From Candidatus Saccharimonadales bacterium (GTDB lineage: Bacteria; Patescibacteriota; Saccharimonadia; Saccharimonadales; UBA4665), in NCBI GenBank assembly GCA_035276765.1, contig DATELH010000002.1:235671-299670 (forward strand): a DNA stretch of 64,000 bases, in the 5' to 3' direction. Both the position numbers and the translations under genes were made by a program. This document shows positions 9,308-17,928 of the stretch, one piece after another; positions within the stretch are counted from its first letter, which is position 1; every line of letters begins with the position of its first letter. The notes under the pieces were generated by a model that saw only the letters and a list, made by a program, of their open reading frames with translations, did not search any database and had not been told where the DNA came from.

Positions 9308-10132
9308 ATGTATTCAGGAACAACACTAACGCCCAACTCCGGCAATTTTGTCGGGGCGCACCAGAAAATTGACCGCTTGGCTCGCAAGTCGCTGCAAGCG
9401 CTTATAAAAACGCAGCACAAATTCCCGGGCATCCGAACGATTTTGCATTTTGAAGGTGCCGGTGGTCCAGACGCCATTAAGCGCAAAAGTCCGGCCGTGG
9501 ACGAGCCCTGGCACTATTTTAACCCTTTTGACGAAGCCGACAACCAGTTGCTTGATATTATCGTTGACCACCACAAAAAGTTAGTAAAGGCGCTCAGGGA
9601 GCGCGATGACGTGCGTGCCGCCTTCGAGGCAGCCTGGATGGCGCACGCCTTGGTTGACGGCCTGACGCCGGCGCATCATTATCCGTACGAAGAAAAATTA
9701 GTGGAGTTGCGTGGTGGCGAGGGTTTGGAAAGCCGTACCACCCTCAAAGAAAAAATGTTCATGCCCGGCGAAACGCGCCGCGAGCGCATGAACAAAAACT
9801 GGAAAATGTGGGGCGCGAAGGGTTTGTTTTCGACCCACTTTATGTTTGAATGGGGCGTGTCGGCAATTTTGGCCCCGTTGTCGCTCAAGAACGCGAAAAT
9901 CAACGAAGACGACATCGCCGAAATGCTGGCACTAGACATCCCCGAATGGTTCACCAAAAAAGCACGTGAGGTAGCCGGTATGGGCATGTACGACGCGTAC
10001 TACCGCTACGGCTGGACGATCCCGCTCGCCAGACAGGTGCGCAGCCAGTTGGCGCCGCTACTGGTGCGATCGGTGACGCTGGCATGGTACCGAGCCCTTC
10101 ATGAAGCAGGAACTTTAGAGGAGAAACAATGA
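9308..10132 (+). CDS. Hypothetical protein, zinc-dependent phospholipase C / P1-nuclease-fold-like
   Basis: 274 aa. The spaced motifs AHQKIDRLA, GAGGPDAIK, WHYFNP and AAWMAHALVDGLTPAHH resemble the His/Asp metal ligand pattern of the zinc phospholipase C superfamily. Recognised by eye only. Confidence 0.45.
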   Translation: MYSGTTLTPNSGNFVGAHQKIDRLARKSLQALIKTQHKFPGIRTILHFEGAGGPDAIKRKSPAVDEPWHYFNPFDEADNQLLDIIVDHHKKLVKALRERDDVRAAFEAAWMAHALVDGLTPAHHYPYEEKLVELRGGEGLESRTTLKEKMFMPGETRRERMNKNWKMWGAKGLFSTHFMFEWGVSAILAPLSLKNAKINEDDIAEMLALDIPEWFTKKAREVAGMGMYDAYYRYGWTIPLARQVRSQLAPLLVRSVTLAWYRALHEAGTLEEKQ

Positions 10133-10662
10133 GAATTATCGCCGGAACGCTTGGCGGCCGTTTATTTGCCGCGCCAAAAGGCCACGTTACACACCCCATG
10201 AGCGACAAAGTTCGGGGCGCACTTTTTAGTATGCTCGGTGAGCTCGATGGCCTCACGGTGCTCGACGCTTTTGCGGGCAGCGGCGCATTGGCTTTTGAGG
10301 CCGTGAGTCGAGGCGCCGAAAGCGCCACGATGATCGAACAAGACCGCAGCGCCCAGACTACCATTACCGAAAACATCAAAAAACTCGATGTCGCAAAATC
10401 GGTGAAACTCATAAAATCCAGCGCGAGTGCTTGGGCGCGCACGCAGCCAGATAGGCTGTTCGATGTGGTATTGTGCGACCCGCCGTACGACGATCTCCAG
10501 CTTTCCACACTCACTACGCTTACGCAACACACCAAAGTTGACGGCATTTTTGTGCTGTCGTGGCCGGGCGGCGAAGAACCGCCTGAGTTTGTAGGCTTGG
10601 TACGCATCGTCAAAAAAGAATATGGCGACGCGCAACTAGCGTTTTACCAGAAGATTTTGTAA
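10129..10662 (+). CDS. rsmD: 16S rRNA (guanine966-N2)-methyltransferase RsmD
   Basis: 177 aa with MRIIAGTLGGR, the SAM motif LDAFAGSGALAFEA and the DPPY motif (VLCDPPYD). It has a 4-nt ATGA overlap with the upstream gene. Confidence 0.88.
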   Translation: MRIIAGTLGGRLFAAPKGHVTHPMSDKVRGALFSMLGELDGLTVLDAFAGSGALAFEAVSRGAESATMIEQDRSAQTTITENIKKLDVAKSVKLIKSSASAWARTQPDRLFDVVLCDPPYDDLQLSTLTTLTQHTKVDGIFVLSWPGGEEPPEFVGLVRIVKKEYGDAQLAFYQKIL

Positions 10663-10677
10663 AATAAGGCCACGCAA

Positions 10678-10761
10678 GGGGACGTGGTGAAATGGTAGAC
10701 ACGCTAGCCTTAGGAGCTAGTGCCGCAAGGCGTGAAGGTTCAAGTCCTTTCGTCCCCACCA
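10678..10761 (+). tRNA. tRNA-Leu (anticodon UAG), CCA encoded
   Basis: Hand-folded cloverleaf with acceptor GGGGACG/CGTCCCC, anticodon loop CTTAGGA, long variable arm TGCCGCAAGGCGT, T-loop TTCAAGT and a 3' ACCA. Confidence 0.9.
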
Positions 10762-10797
10762 AAATGTTATTTTAATGTCCGGCTATGGCTGGGCGTT

Positions 10798-11205
10798 TTA
10801 TATTTCAGCGTCTCCGCCTAGTCTTTTGGCCTCGCTACGCAGTGAAGCGCCCAAATCTTTTTTGACCTTCATGCGTGTAAATTCCTCGCCCTCACTGTTG
10901 GCAACGCTCACATGGTCGCCACGTTGGATTGGCTCCTCCACTAAATTGAGCGGTCCAAACAAATGTGCCCGTCGAAGAATACCGGCAATTTGCAAACCCT
11001 TTGTTATGACGACCGGCTCGGAAAAATAAGGGAATTCGTGTCGCGTGTGCGTGATGCCATCTTCGGCGACAATGAGGTGGTCGATATAATGCAAACCGAT
11101 GCTGCGGAACACTTCTTCTCCGTTGCATGCAGCCTCACCGTACATTATGCCCGCACGCGCCGGATCCATGTACGAAATTTGTAATTCTGGTGGTTGCTCT
11201 GGCAT
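10798..11205 (-). CDS. Hypothetical protein (orphan)
   Basis: 135-aa ORF preceded by a strong SD (TAAGGAGGAAT-ATG). No family recognised. Confidence 0.6.
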   Translation of the reverse strand: MPEQPPELQISYMDPARAGIMYGEAACNGEEVFRSIGLHYIDHLIVAEDGITHTRHEFPYFSEPVVITKGLQIAGILRRAHLFGPLNLVEEPIQRGDHVSVANSEGEEFTRMKVKKDLGASLRSEAKRLGGDAEI

Positions 11206-11250
11206 ATTCCTCCTTATTTACAATATGTAGTGAACACCGCAAGCCTGCCT

Positions 11251-11781
11251 TTAAACTGGTGGTTTTGGCTGGTTAACAATTCGCGAAAGTTCGGCATAGG
11301 CTATATCTAAACGCACCGGCAAGTCTGGGTCCAAAGGGCTGAGCAGTTCTTCGGGCAAGATGAAGGGCGGCTTTTCGAGTTGCCACTCATGCGTAGCCAG
11401 ACGGCCAACAAATGCACACTGTGCGTTGTCGAGCAGCAGGAGTGGGCCGCGGTTTGACGTGCGCGCCATACGGTCGGGCTGCACCACTTCGGAAAGTAGC
11501 CAGCCAAGCTGCTGGGTGACGGTCCAATGCAGCCGTGGGATGCCTGGAAACTCGTGTCGCACGCTGTTTTTTGTGAGCCACCTAGCCGGGTGCAAAACCC
11601 GTACTTCTTTGCCAGGGGTAATTGGCTGCTCGGCAAGGCCTTCCAGCAGGCCGGTAATTTTGCCAAAGAAATGTTCTTGGCGCGTCCGCCTGTGCTCCGA
11701 CGCCGGCTCAAAAGGGATGTCGGCGGCTATTAATTCGTCTCCCTCTCCTCCACCCGGTACTGGCACTTCTTCGTAAAACAT
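11251..11781 (-). CDS. Hypothetical protein (orphan)
   Basis: The track ORF runs 11251..11838. I prefer the internal ATG at 11781 (MFYEEVPVPGGG...) because the TTGCAA-16-TATACT promoter lies inside the longer version. Confidence 0.55.
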   Translation of the reverse strand: MFYEEVPVPGGGEGDELIAADIPFEPASEHRRTRQEHFFGKITGLLEGLAEQPITPGKEVRVLHPARWLTKNSVRHEFPGIPRLHWTVTQQLGWLLSEVVQPDRMARTSNRGPLLLLDNAQCAFVGRLATHEWQLEKPPFILPEELLSPLDPDLPVRLDIAYAELSRIVNQPKPPV

Positions 11782-11817
11782 TTCTTTCGAACACTTCTGT
11801 GGCAGAAAGTATACAAC

Positions 11818-11845
11818 TACTTTACAAAATTGCAACATATTTTGT
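11818..11845 (-). promoter_or_regulatory. Putative sigma70-type promoter for the 11781 orphan operon
   Basis: Minus strand has TTGCAA (11845..11840), a 16-nt spacer and TATACT (11823..11818). Confidence 0.45.
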
Positions 11846-11907
11846 TAAGAGGTCGGCAGTACGCAAAAGGCGCAAAATTTGGTACAATGGCCACGAAGGA
11901 ATTAGCA

Positions 11908-13227
11908 ATGAGTTTATCCACCCAACCCTACAAGGGCGCACGCGACTTTTACCCCGAAGACAAGCGCCTGCAAAAATACATGTTCCGGATCATGCGCGAA
12001 AGCGTCGAACAAATGGGCTACGAAGAGTATGATGCGCCCATTCTGGAGTCGCTTGATTTGTACTTGGCTAAGACAGGCGAAGAAATCGTGAACGAACAAA
12101 CCTATGCATTTGAAGATCGCGGCGGACGACGCGTAGCGATTCGCCCCGAAATGACGCCGACGGTCAGCCGCATGGTGGCGTCTAAACGCCAAGAGCTAGC
12201 CTATCCGCTTCGCTGGTACAGCATTCCCAACCTCTGGCGCTACGAGCGTCCACAGCGCGGCCGTTTGCGCGAACACTGGCAGCTTAACGTAGATTTGTTC
12301 GGCCTGAGCGGCCTTCGCGCCGAAGCTGAAATAATCCAGGTGGCCGACACTATCCTCAAAAAATTTGGCGCCACGCATGACATGTACGAAGTCAAACTCA
12401 ACAGCCGCAAGCTCATGGACTACATTATGGGCGCGTACTTGGGCCTGAATGTCACGCAGGCGCACACTTTGGCCAAGCTGATCGACCGCATGCGCAAAAT
12501 GCCGCCTGAGGAGTTCGAGGCCGAAGCCGAAAGCATCTTCTCACACGGCCAGCGCGAAGAAGGTATGCACATCAAGCTAAAAGGGCTGCTCAAGATCAAA
12601 AACATCGGGCATTTGCCAGAGGCTTTACGCAATCACGCCGCCGCAAAAGAACTTCAGGGCTTGCTCGACACGCTTTATGACAACGGCATCACCAACGCCG
12701 TGTTTGATATTACGCTCATGCGCGGCTTCGATTACTACACCGACGTCATCTTTGAAGTATTCGACAAGCATCCCGAAAACAACCGCTCTATGTTCGGCGG
12801 CGGCCGTTACGACGGTCTGGTCGGCCTGTTTGGCGTTGAGCCAGTACCAACGGTGGGTTTTGGCATGGGCGACGTTACCTTGCAGAACTTTTTGGAGGGC
12901 CACGACCTCTTGCCAACATTGCGCTCAGAAACCGACGTTTACGTTATTCTGATCGGCGACGTCTATGGCAAAGCGCAGCGCGTTATACGCGAGTTGCGGG
13001 CCATGGGACTCAACGTGGCTGTTGATCTCACCGATCGCAAACCCGACAAACAGATCAAAACGGCCACTAAAAAGGACATTCACTATGCGCTATTCATTGG
13101 CGAAAAAGAGCTCGAAGAAGAGCTTTACACACTTCGCAACTTGCACAGCGGCGTCGAGGAAAAGCACAGCGCCTCGCGCATTGTGAGCATCGCCAAAGAT
13201 TACCGCGGCGAGGACGACGACCTGTAA
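11908..13227 (+). CDS. hisS: Histidyl-tRNA synthetase
   Basis: Class II aaRS with YKGARDFYPEDK, RYERPQRGRLREHWQ and GGGRYDGL. The start is chosen at the ATG preceded by AAGGA; alternatives are 11887 and 11830. An extended -10 TGGTACAAT lies at 11880..11888. Confidence 0.92.
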   Translation: MSLSTQPYKGARDFYPEDKRLQKYMFRIMRESVEQMGYEEYDAPILESLDLYLAKTGEEIVNEQTYAFEDRGGRRVAIRPEMTPTVSRMVASKRQELAYPLRWYSIPNLWRYERPQRGRLREHWQLNVDLFGLSGLRAEAEIIQVADTILKKFGATHDMYEVKLNSRKLMDYIMGAYLGLNVTQAHTLAKLIDRMRKMPPEEFEAEAESIFSHGQREEGMHIKLKGLLKIKNIGHLPEALRNHAAAKELQGLLDTLYDNGITNAVFDITLMRGFDYYTDVIFEVFDKHPENNRSMFGGGRYDGLVGLFGVEPVPTVGFGMGDVTLQNFLEGHDLLPTLRSETDVYVILIGDVYGKAQRVIRELRAMGLNVAVDLTDRKPDKQIKTATKKDIHYALFIGEKELEEELYTLRNLHSGVEEKHSASRIVSIAKDYRGEDDDL

Positions 13228-14196
13228 TTAACTGGCTGGCGTAAATACGTCCGGCCGCTGTGCCAAGAAGGCATCAACATCGGCGCGTGACGGCAGGGTG
13301 TCGCGCGATATTTTGAGCGCCGCCACCGCACACGCGAACTCCAAGCTTTTGCGAAGTGCAAATCCTTCGTGGCGCGCCGCAATGAAACCGGCGTTGAATG
13401 TGTCACCCGCGCCAGCCGTGTTGTGAGGCGTTACGTGGAAGGCGGGGACGTGCACGATGTCACCATTTAGCACGCTGTAAGCACCATCGCTTGCGCACTT
13501 AACGGCGATGGTGCCTCCAGCTTTCGCGGTAAAGCGCCGCAACCCGGCTTCAACATCGCTGGCGTGCCAGAGCTCCATAAATTCACCCTGGCTCGGGAAA
13601 TAATAATCGGCCCGTGCCACCAAACTCCGGACGTTAGCTTTGTCTTCGGCTGTAGCGTTTTTGGGTACGCGGCCATGATCTACTACAATCTTGACGTTTT
13701 TTTGCTCGGCACGTTCGGCTAACTGCTCGAACGCTGGCATAAGTTTTTTGAGTTTAAAACAGCCGCCAAGATATAAATAGTCTACGGATTCGAGCAGCGA
13801 CAAAACTTTGCCCACGACCTCATCGGCATGGAGTGCTCGGTTGGCGGTGCCGGCGACAAGCATGATGGTATGGCCGTTTTCGTTTATGGCGTTCACACCA
13901 ATGTTGGTTGAAACGGACGCGTCGGCGATAAGCTCGGGCGCCACGCCTTCCTCGCGCAGTTTTTGCGCCAAAAGCTGGCCAAATACATCGTTGCCCGTCT
14001 TGCCGACGAACGTCGCCGAAAGTCCAAGCTGTGTGCAGACACGAGCGAAGTTAACAGCGGATCCGCCGGGAGTCATGCCGTAGTCGCCGCCGATGGTTTC
14101 GGTTTCGGGCAAAAGTCCGTGCTCGTCGAAAGGAAAACCCGGGATGTGCACGTCCATATAAGCGCTGCCAAGTGTCAGGATGCGCGAACCGTTCAT
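13228..14196 (-). CDS. PfkB-family carbohydrate kinase (ribokinase/fructokinase-like)
   Basis: 322 aa with the PfkB signature GAGDTFNAGF near the C-terminus and an N-terminal GSAYMDV motif. Its stop codon abuts the hisS stop. Confidence 0.8.
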   Translation of the reverse strand: MNGSRILTLGSAYMDVHIPGFPFDEHGLLPETETIGGDYGMTPGGSAVNFARVCTQLGLSATFVGKTGNDVFGQLLAQKLREEGVAPELIADASVSTNIGVNAINENGHTIMLVAGTANRALHADEVVGKVLSLLESVDYLYLGGCFKLKKLMPAFEQLAERAEQKNVKIVVDHGRVPKNATAEDKANVRSLVARADYYFPSQGEFMELWHASDVEAGLRRFTAKAGGTIAVKCASDGAYSVLNGDIVHVPAFHVTPHNTAGAGDTFNAGFIAARHEGFALRKSLEFACAVAALKISRDTLPSRADVDAFLAQRPDVFTPAS

Positions 14197-14267
14197 GCTT
14201 GCATTGTACCATCCTGGCGTGACCCAAGGGTAGCCAAAGCCAATCCGATCTGTTACAGTAGATACTT

Positions 14268-15563
14268 ATGCAAGTATCTAAAAAGAAACTATCCGACACA
14301 AATGTCCAACTTACCATCGTGGCCGACGCTGCGTTGCTGGCGGGCGCCAAAGAGGCGACGTTGCAGCACTTTGCGCGAACCGTCAAAGTACAAGGCTTTC
14401 GCGAAGGCAAAGCGCCGCTCAACCTTGTAGAAAAACAAGTAAGTCCCGAAAGTCTGCAAACTGAATTTTTGGAACACGCTATCAATCTGCTTTATTCGCA
14501 AGCGGCAAATGAGCAAGATTTGCGCCCGGTCGCGCAGCCTCAAGTAAAAATCACCAAGTTTGCGCCATTCGAGGTGCTCGAGATTGAAGCAGAGGTAGAG
14601 GTGCTCGGCGACATCCAATTGCCCGACTACAAAAAGCTCAAGATTACCCACAAAGCAGTCAAAGTGACCGACAAAGACGTAGACGAGGTTATTGCGCAGC
14701 TGCAAAAGCGGGAAGCCCAGAAGACGCCGGTAGAACGAGCAGCTAAAACTGGCGACGAAGTATGGATCGACTTCGCCGGCGTGGACGCCAAAACCAAAGA
14801 GCCAATCAACGGCGCCGACGGCAAAGACTATCCGTTGATGCTCGGTAGCAATACCTTTATTCCGGGCTTTGAAGACAATGTGGTCGGCATCAAGGCTGGC
14901 GAAGAAAAGACCTTCACCATTAAGTTTCCAAAAGATTACGGCGTAAAAGCCCTCCAAAGCAAGGACGTTGCTTTTACGGTCACCGCCAAAAAAGTTGAAG
15001 AGTTAGTTGAACCCAAGACCGACGACGCACTGGCCGCCAAGGTTGGCCCGTTCAAAACACTTGCCGAGTTAAAAGCCGACATCAAAAAGCAGCTAGCCGT
15101 CGAGCAAGAGACGCAAGCCGACCGTGAATTCGCTGACGAAATGGTGCTAGCTATCGCCAAAGATACAAAGGTGGCCATCCCTGCAGCGCTGATCGACGAG
15201 CAGCTCGACCGTATGGAGCAGGACGAAAAACAAAACCTGCTGTACCGCGGCCAAACCTGGCAAGAACACCTAAAGGCTGAGGGCGTCACCGAAGCCGAGC
15301 ATCGTGCCAAAAACAAGCCCGACGCCGAAATGCGCGTGAAGGCCGGTTTGGTCCTCACCGAAATTGCCGACCGCGAAAAGATTACAGTCACGCCCGAGGA
15401 ACTCGAGGTTCGGATGCAGTTACTGCTTGGGCAATATCCCGATCCACAAATGCAAGTCGAACTTAAAAAGCCTGAGGCTCGCCGCGAAATCGCCTCACGT
15501 ATGAAGAGTGAAAAAACCCTCGACAAACTCAAAAGCTACACAGCCAAAACTAAAGCCGCATAA
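14268..15563 (+). CDS. tig: Trigger factor
   Basis: 431 aa with an N-terminal ribosome-binding region (FREGKAP), a central FKBP-like domain (GDEVWIDFAGV...IPGFEDNVVG) and a C-terminal arm domain. Confidence 0.9.
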   Translation: MQVSKKKLSDTNVQLTIVADAALLAGAKEATLQHFARTVKVQGFREGKAPLNLVEKQVSPESLQTEFLEHAINLLYSQAANEQDLRPVAQPQVKITKFAPFEVLEIEAEVEVLGDIQLPDYKKLKITHKAVKVTDKDVDEVIAQLQKREAQKTPVERAAKTGDEVWIDFAGVDAKTKEPINGADGKDYPLMLGSNTFIPGFEDNVVGIKAGEEKTFTIKFPKDYGVKALQSKDVAFTVTAKKVEELVEPKTDDALAAKVGPFKTLAELKADIKKQLAVEQETQADREFADEMVLAIAKDTKVAIPAALIDEQLDRMEQDEKQNLLYRGQTWQEHLKAEGVTEAEHRAKNKPDAEMRVKAGLVLTEIADREKITVTPEELEVRMQLLLGQYPDPQMQVELKKPEARREIASRMKSEKTLDKLKSYTAKTKAA

Positions 15564-15595
15564 GCGTTTGTCGGTAACAGCGCGATAAATATCGC

Positions 15596-15624
15596 TTGCA
15601 AGTTTCCTGAGCAGGTGGTATAAA
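15596..15624 (+). promoter_or_regulatory. Putative promoter (TTGCAA-17-TATAAA)
   Basis: TTGCAA at 15596..15601, a 17-nt spacer, and TATAAA at 15619..15624. It lies upstream of the SD GGAGG and ATG 15648. Confidence 0.5.
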
Positions 15625-15647
15625 TGCATATCCACGGAGGAAACGAC

Positions 15648-15914
15648 ATGTTTGAATTGGATGAACACGCATTTGACCACGAGCAACCAATAGGTCCGCC
15701 AGAAGTCCAGGAAAAGAATGTGCTGAGTTTATATCAGTACTATGCCGCCCGTGATGCCGGTTTTCGTGCCCTTGCCGCGATAACTATGGCACAGTGGGCC
15801 CGCGAAAGCAGTCGCTTGGCGCATCAGGATGCATATCTTCACCTGCACAATTTGGCAGACGTCCTACAGCTTCCACGACCGCCGTTTGAAGCGCCGCGGG
15901 CAGATGTAGCCTAA
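15648..15914 (+). CDS. Hypothetical protein (orphan, acidic/His-rich)
   Basis: The track ORF starts at 15624. I prefer ATG 15648, which sits 7 nt after GGAGG. Confidence 0.5.
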   Translation: MFELDEHAFDHEQPIGPPEVQEKNVLSLYQYYAARDAGFRALAAITMAQWARESSRLAHQDAYLHLHNLADVLQLPRPPFEAPRADVA

Positions 15915-15962
15915 AAAGGGCCATCGACTTCGCTCGCAAGCTGTGTTACAGTAGGGCACTTA

Positions 15963-16631
15963 ATGAGCAGTCCTAATTTTCCTCATGACGACTCAGCCTT
16001 TGAAGATATTGTATCTCGCTTGCACGAGCCAACGGGGCAGCTCGAACCTACTCCCGAATCTCCCATAACTTCCTGGACGCAGCCCTCTCCCCTAGGGCAA
16101 GAAGCGTGCTTGCAACTCGCAGACCAGTCGCTGTACCTCAGGGTGCCACTTATCGACACAGTCGAGCAGGAGCAGTTACTCGGTGAAGACCACCATAAGT
16201 TTCCGCAGTTTGACCGCATCGAAGGGCTTGCTGGATTTGTTCTCACCCAAAGAAGCGGGAAACCTATGGCCGAAGCAGTGCTCGTGCCTCCTGAAGATCA
16301 CAAACCGCAGGCGTTTCTTGAGCGTTGCCAGAACGCTATTAAGCCAACAAGCGGCTTTATACCGGGCGGTCAGGATGTTTTAACGCCACGGGCTTTTAAT
16401 GCATTGCGAGCTTCGAACACGCTTTTCGGCACGTGTGTGGCCCAAGTGACAAATCATCATTACCACGACTCAAAATCTTTTTTGGCGCTCTATGTGCCAG
16501 AAGTATATATCCATGAGCAAGTGTTGCCGCAGAATATGGGCGTTTCCGAAACGCCGCTTGCGTACGCAACCAAGCTCTCCGCTTCTACTTTTCATTGGCT
16601 GTCATATACCTTGCTGGCACGGGAAATGTGA
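15963..16631 (+). CDS. Hypothetical protein (orphan)
   Basis: 222-aa ORF. An extended -10 TGTTACAGT lies at 15944..15952, 10 nt before the ATG. No family recognised. Confidence 0.55.
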   Translation: MSSPNFPHDDSAFEDIVSRLHEPTGQLEPTPESPITSWTQPSPLGQEACLQLADQSLYLRVPLIDTVEQEQLLGEDHHKFPQFDRIEGLAGFVLTQRSGKPMAEAVLVPPEDHKPQAFLERCQNAIKPTSGFIPGGQDVLTPRAFNALRASNTLFGTCVAQVTNHHYHDSKSFLALYVPEVYIHEQVLPQNMGVSETPLAYATKLSASTFHWLSYTLLAREM

Positions 16632-16647
16632 GACAGAACTAGCACTC

Positions 16648-16676
16648 TTGACTCGTGAGTGCTAACTTCGTATCAT
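16648..16676 (+). promoter_or_regulatory. Putative clpP promoter (TTGACT-17-TATCAT)
   Basis: TTGACT at 16648..16653, a 17-nt spacer, and TATCAT at 16671..16676. The SD GAGGAG precedes ATG 16700. Confidence 0.6.
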
Positions 16677-16699
16677 AGGACAGTAACGAGGAGATACCT

Positions 16700-17311
16700 A
16701 TGCAAACAACTGCTCAAGTACTTGTGCCAACAGTAGTCGAAAACGAAGGCCGCTATGAGCGCGCCTACGATATTTACTCGCGCCTTCTAAAAGACCGCAT
16801 CATTTTCTTAGGCCAAGACGTGAACGAAGCCACGGCCAACATCGTGGTTGCACAGCTATTATTCCTACAGGCCGAAGACCCCAAAAAAGATATTTACTTT
16901 TACATCAACAGCCCCGGTGGCAGCGTGTACGACGCCATGGCTATTTACGATACCATGCAGTACATCACGAACGACGTGCAGACCGTCGGCATCGGCATCC
17001 AAGCTTCGGCAGCGGCATTTCTGCTAAGCTCGGGCACCAAAGGCAAGCGGTTTATTTTGCCGAACTCAACAGTGATGATCCACCAGCCATCCAGCGGCAC
17101 GCGTGGTAAGGTGACCGACCAGGAGATCGACTTGCGCGAATCCTTGCGCGTCAAAAAGCTTCTCGAAAGTATCATGGCAGGAAACACTGGCCAAAAGATT
17201 GAAAAAATCCACGAAGACATGGAGCGCGACAAGTGGTTGAGCGCTGAAGAAGCAAAGAAGTACGGGATTGTTGACGGCATTATTACCTCGCCGCCAAAGC
17301 CTGCATCTTAA
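16700..17311 (+). CDS. clpP: ATP-dependent Clp protease proteolytic subunit
   Basis: 203 aa with [16 protein letters not shown], the active-site Ser context [11 protein letters not shown] and the catalytic His context MIHQP. Confidence 0.95.
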   Translation: MQTTAQVLVPTVVENEGRYERAYDIYSRLLKDRIIFLGQDVNEATANIVVAQLLFLQAEDPKKDIYFYINSPGGSVYDAMAIYDTMQYITNDVQTVGIGIQASAAAFLLSSGTKGKRFILPNSTVMIHQPSSGTRGKVTDQEIDLRESLRVKKLLESIMAGNTGQKIEKIHEDMERDKWLSAEEAKKYGIVDGIITSPPKPAS

Positions 17312-17361
17312 CTTTTTAAAAACTGTTCGCAATATACACCTGGTGGGCGTATAGTCCATGT

Positions 17362-17925
17362 ATGGAAGTCTATTACAGCCGTCTGCACACGCTCTCTTCA
17401 GTGTTTTTGCAGACGGCTGTTAGTATTCGGCGCGAAGTCACGCCACAGCCGCACGACGCATTTGATTTGGAGAGTGCTGAAATGGAGCGCATCCGTACCG
17501 AGTTTACACAGAAATCCCCACGGCAAGGTGTGGGCTACGTCGCCACGGCAAATGTGCCAAACCTGGCTGGACCGAGGATTGGCTACGCATATGCTCATGA
17601 GTTACAAACAAGGCGTTTTTTCAGCCGGCAACGGTTCGTGGAGGTCGGTGGTATTTGCGTTCGTCACACTTATCGTGGCGCTGATGTTGCGTTGGGGCTC
17701 GCCCATCATCTTTTTGAATCATTCGATGAAGACTTGCCGCTCACCAACGCCGAAGAGACCATGCCGCCGCTGTTAAGTGGAGCACTTGACGACTCGCAAG
17801 ACGCTGGTAGCTTGATGTACGATCACATTCCGCGGACAGTTGGTGAGGCGCGAGAGGCGGTTGAAAAGGCACTGATACGCGCCGCCGAGCAGCCGGCTGC
17901 AGGTGACTCGTGGGGCGGTTGGTAG
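17362..17925 (+). CDS. Hypothetical protein with a possible degenerate GNAT-like segment
   Basis: 187-aa ORF. TATAGT at 17350..17355 lies 6 nt before the ATG. The segment FVEVGGICVRHTYRGADVALGLAHHLFE loosely resembles GNAT motif A. This is weak and by eye only. Confidence 0.45.
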   Translation: MEVYYSRLHTLSSVFLQTAVSIRREVTPQPHDAFDLESAEMERIRTEFTQKSPRQGVGYVATANVPNLAGPRIGYAYAHELQTRRFFSRQRFVEVGGICVRHTYRGADVALGLAHHLFESFDEDLPLTNAEETMPPLLSGALDDSQDAGSLMYDHIPRTVGEAREAVEKALIRAAEQPAAGDSWGGW

Positions 17926-17928
17926 GTC

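Noticed and set aside
10798-11781. Shared RHEFP pentapeptide in the two orphan proteins, considered as evidence of paralogy.
   Set aside because: The flanking residues do not align convincingly by eye. A 5-aa match alone is not significant.
15582-15595. Short hairpin GCGAT-AAAT-ATCGC after tig, considered as a terminator.
   Set aside because: It has only a 5-bp stem and a poor U-tract, and it overlaps the next promoter's -35 flank. This is too weak to call.
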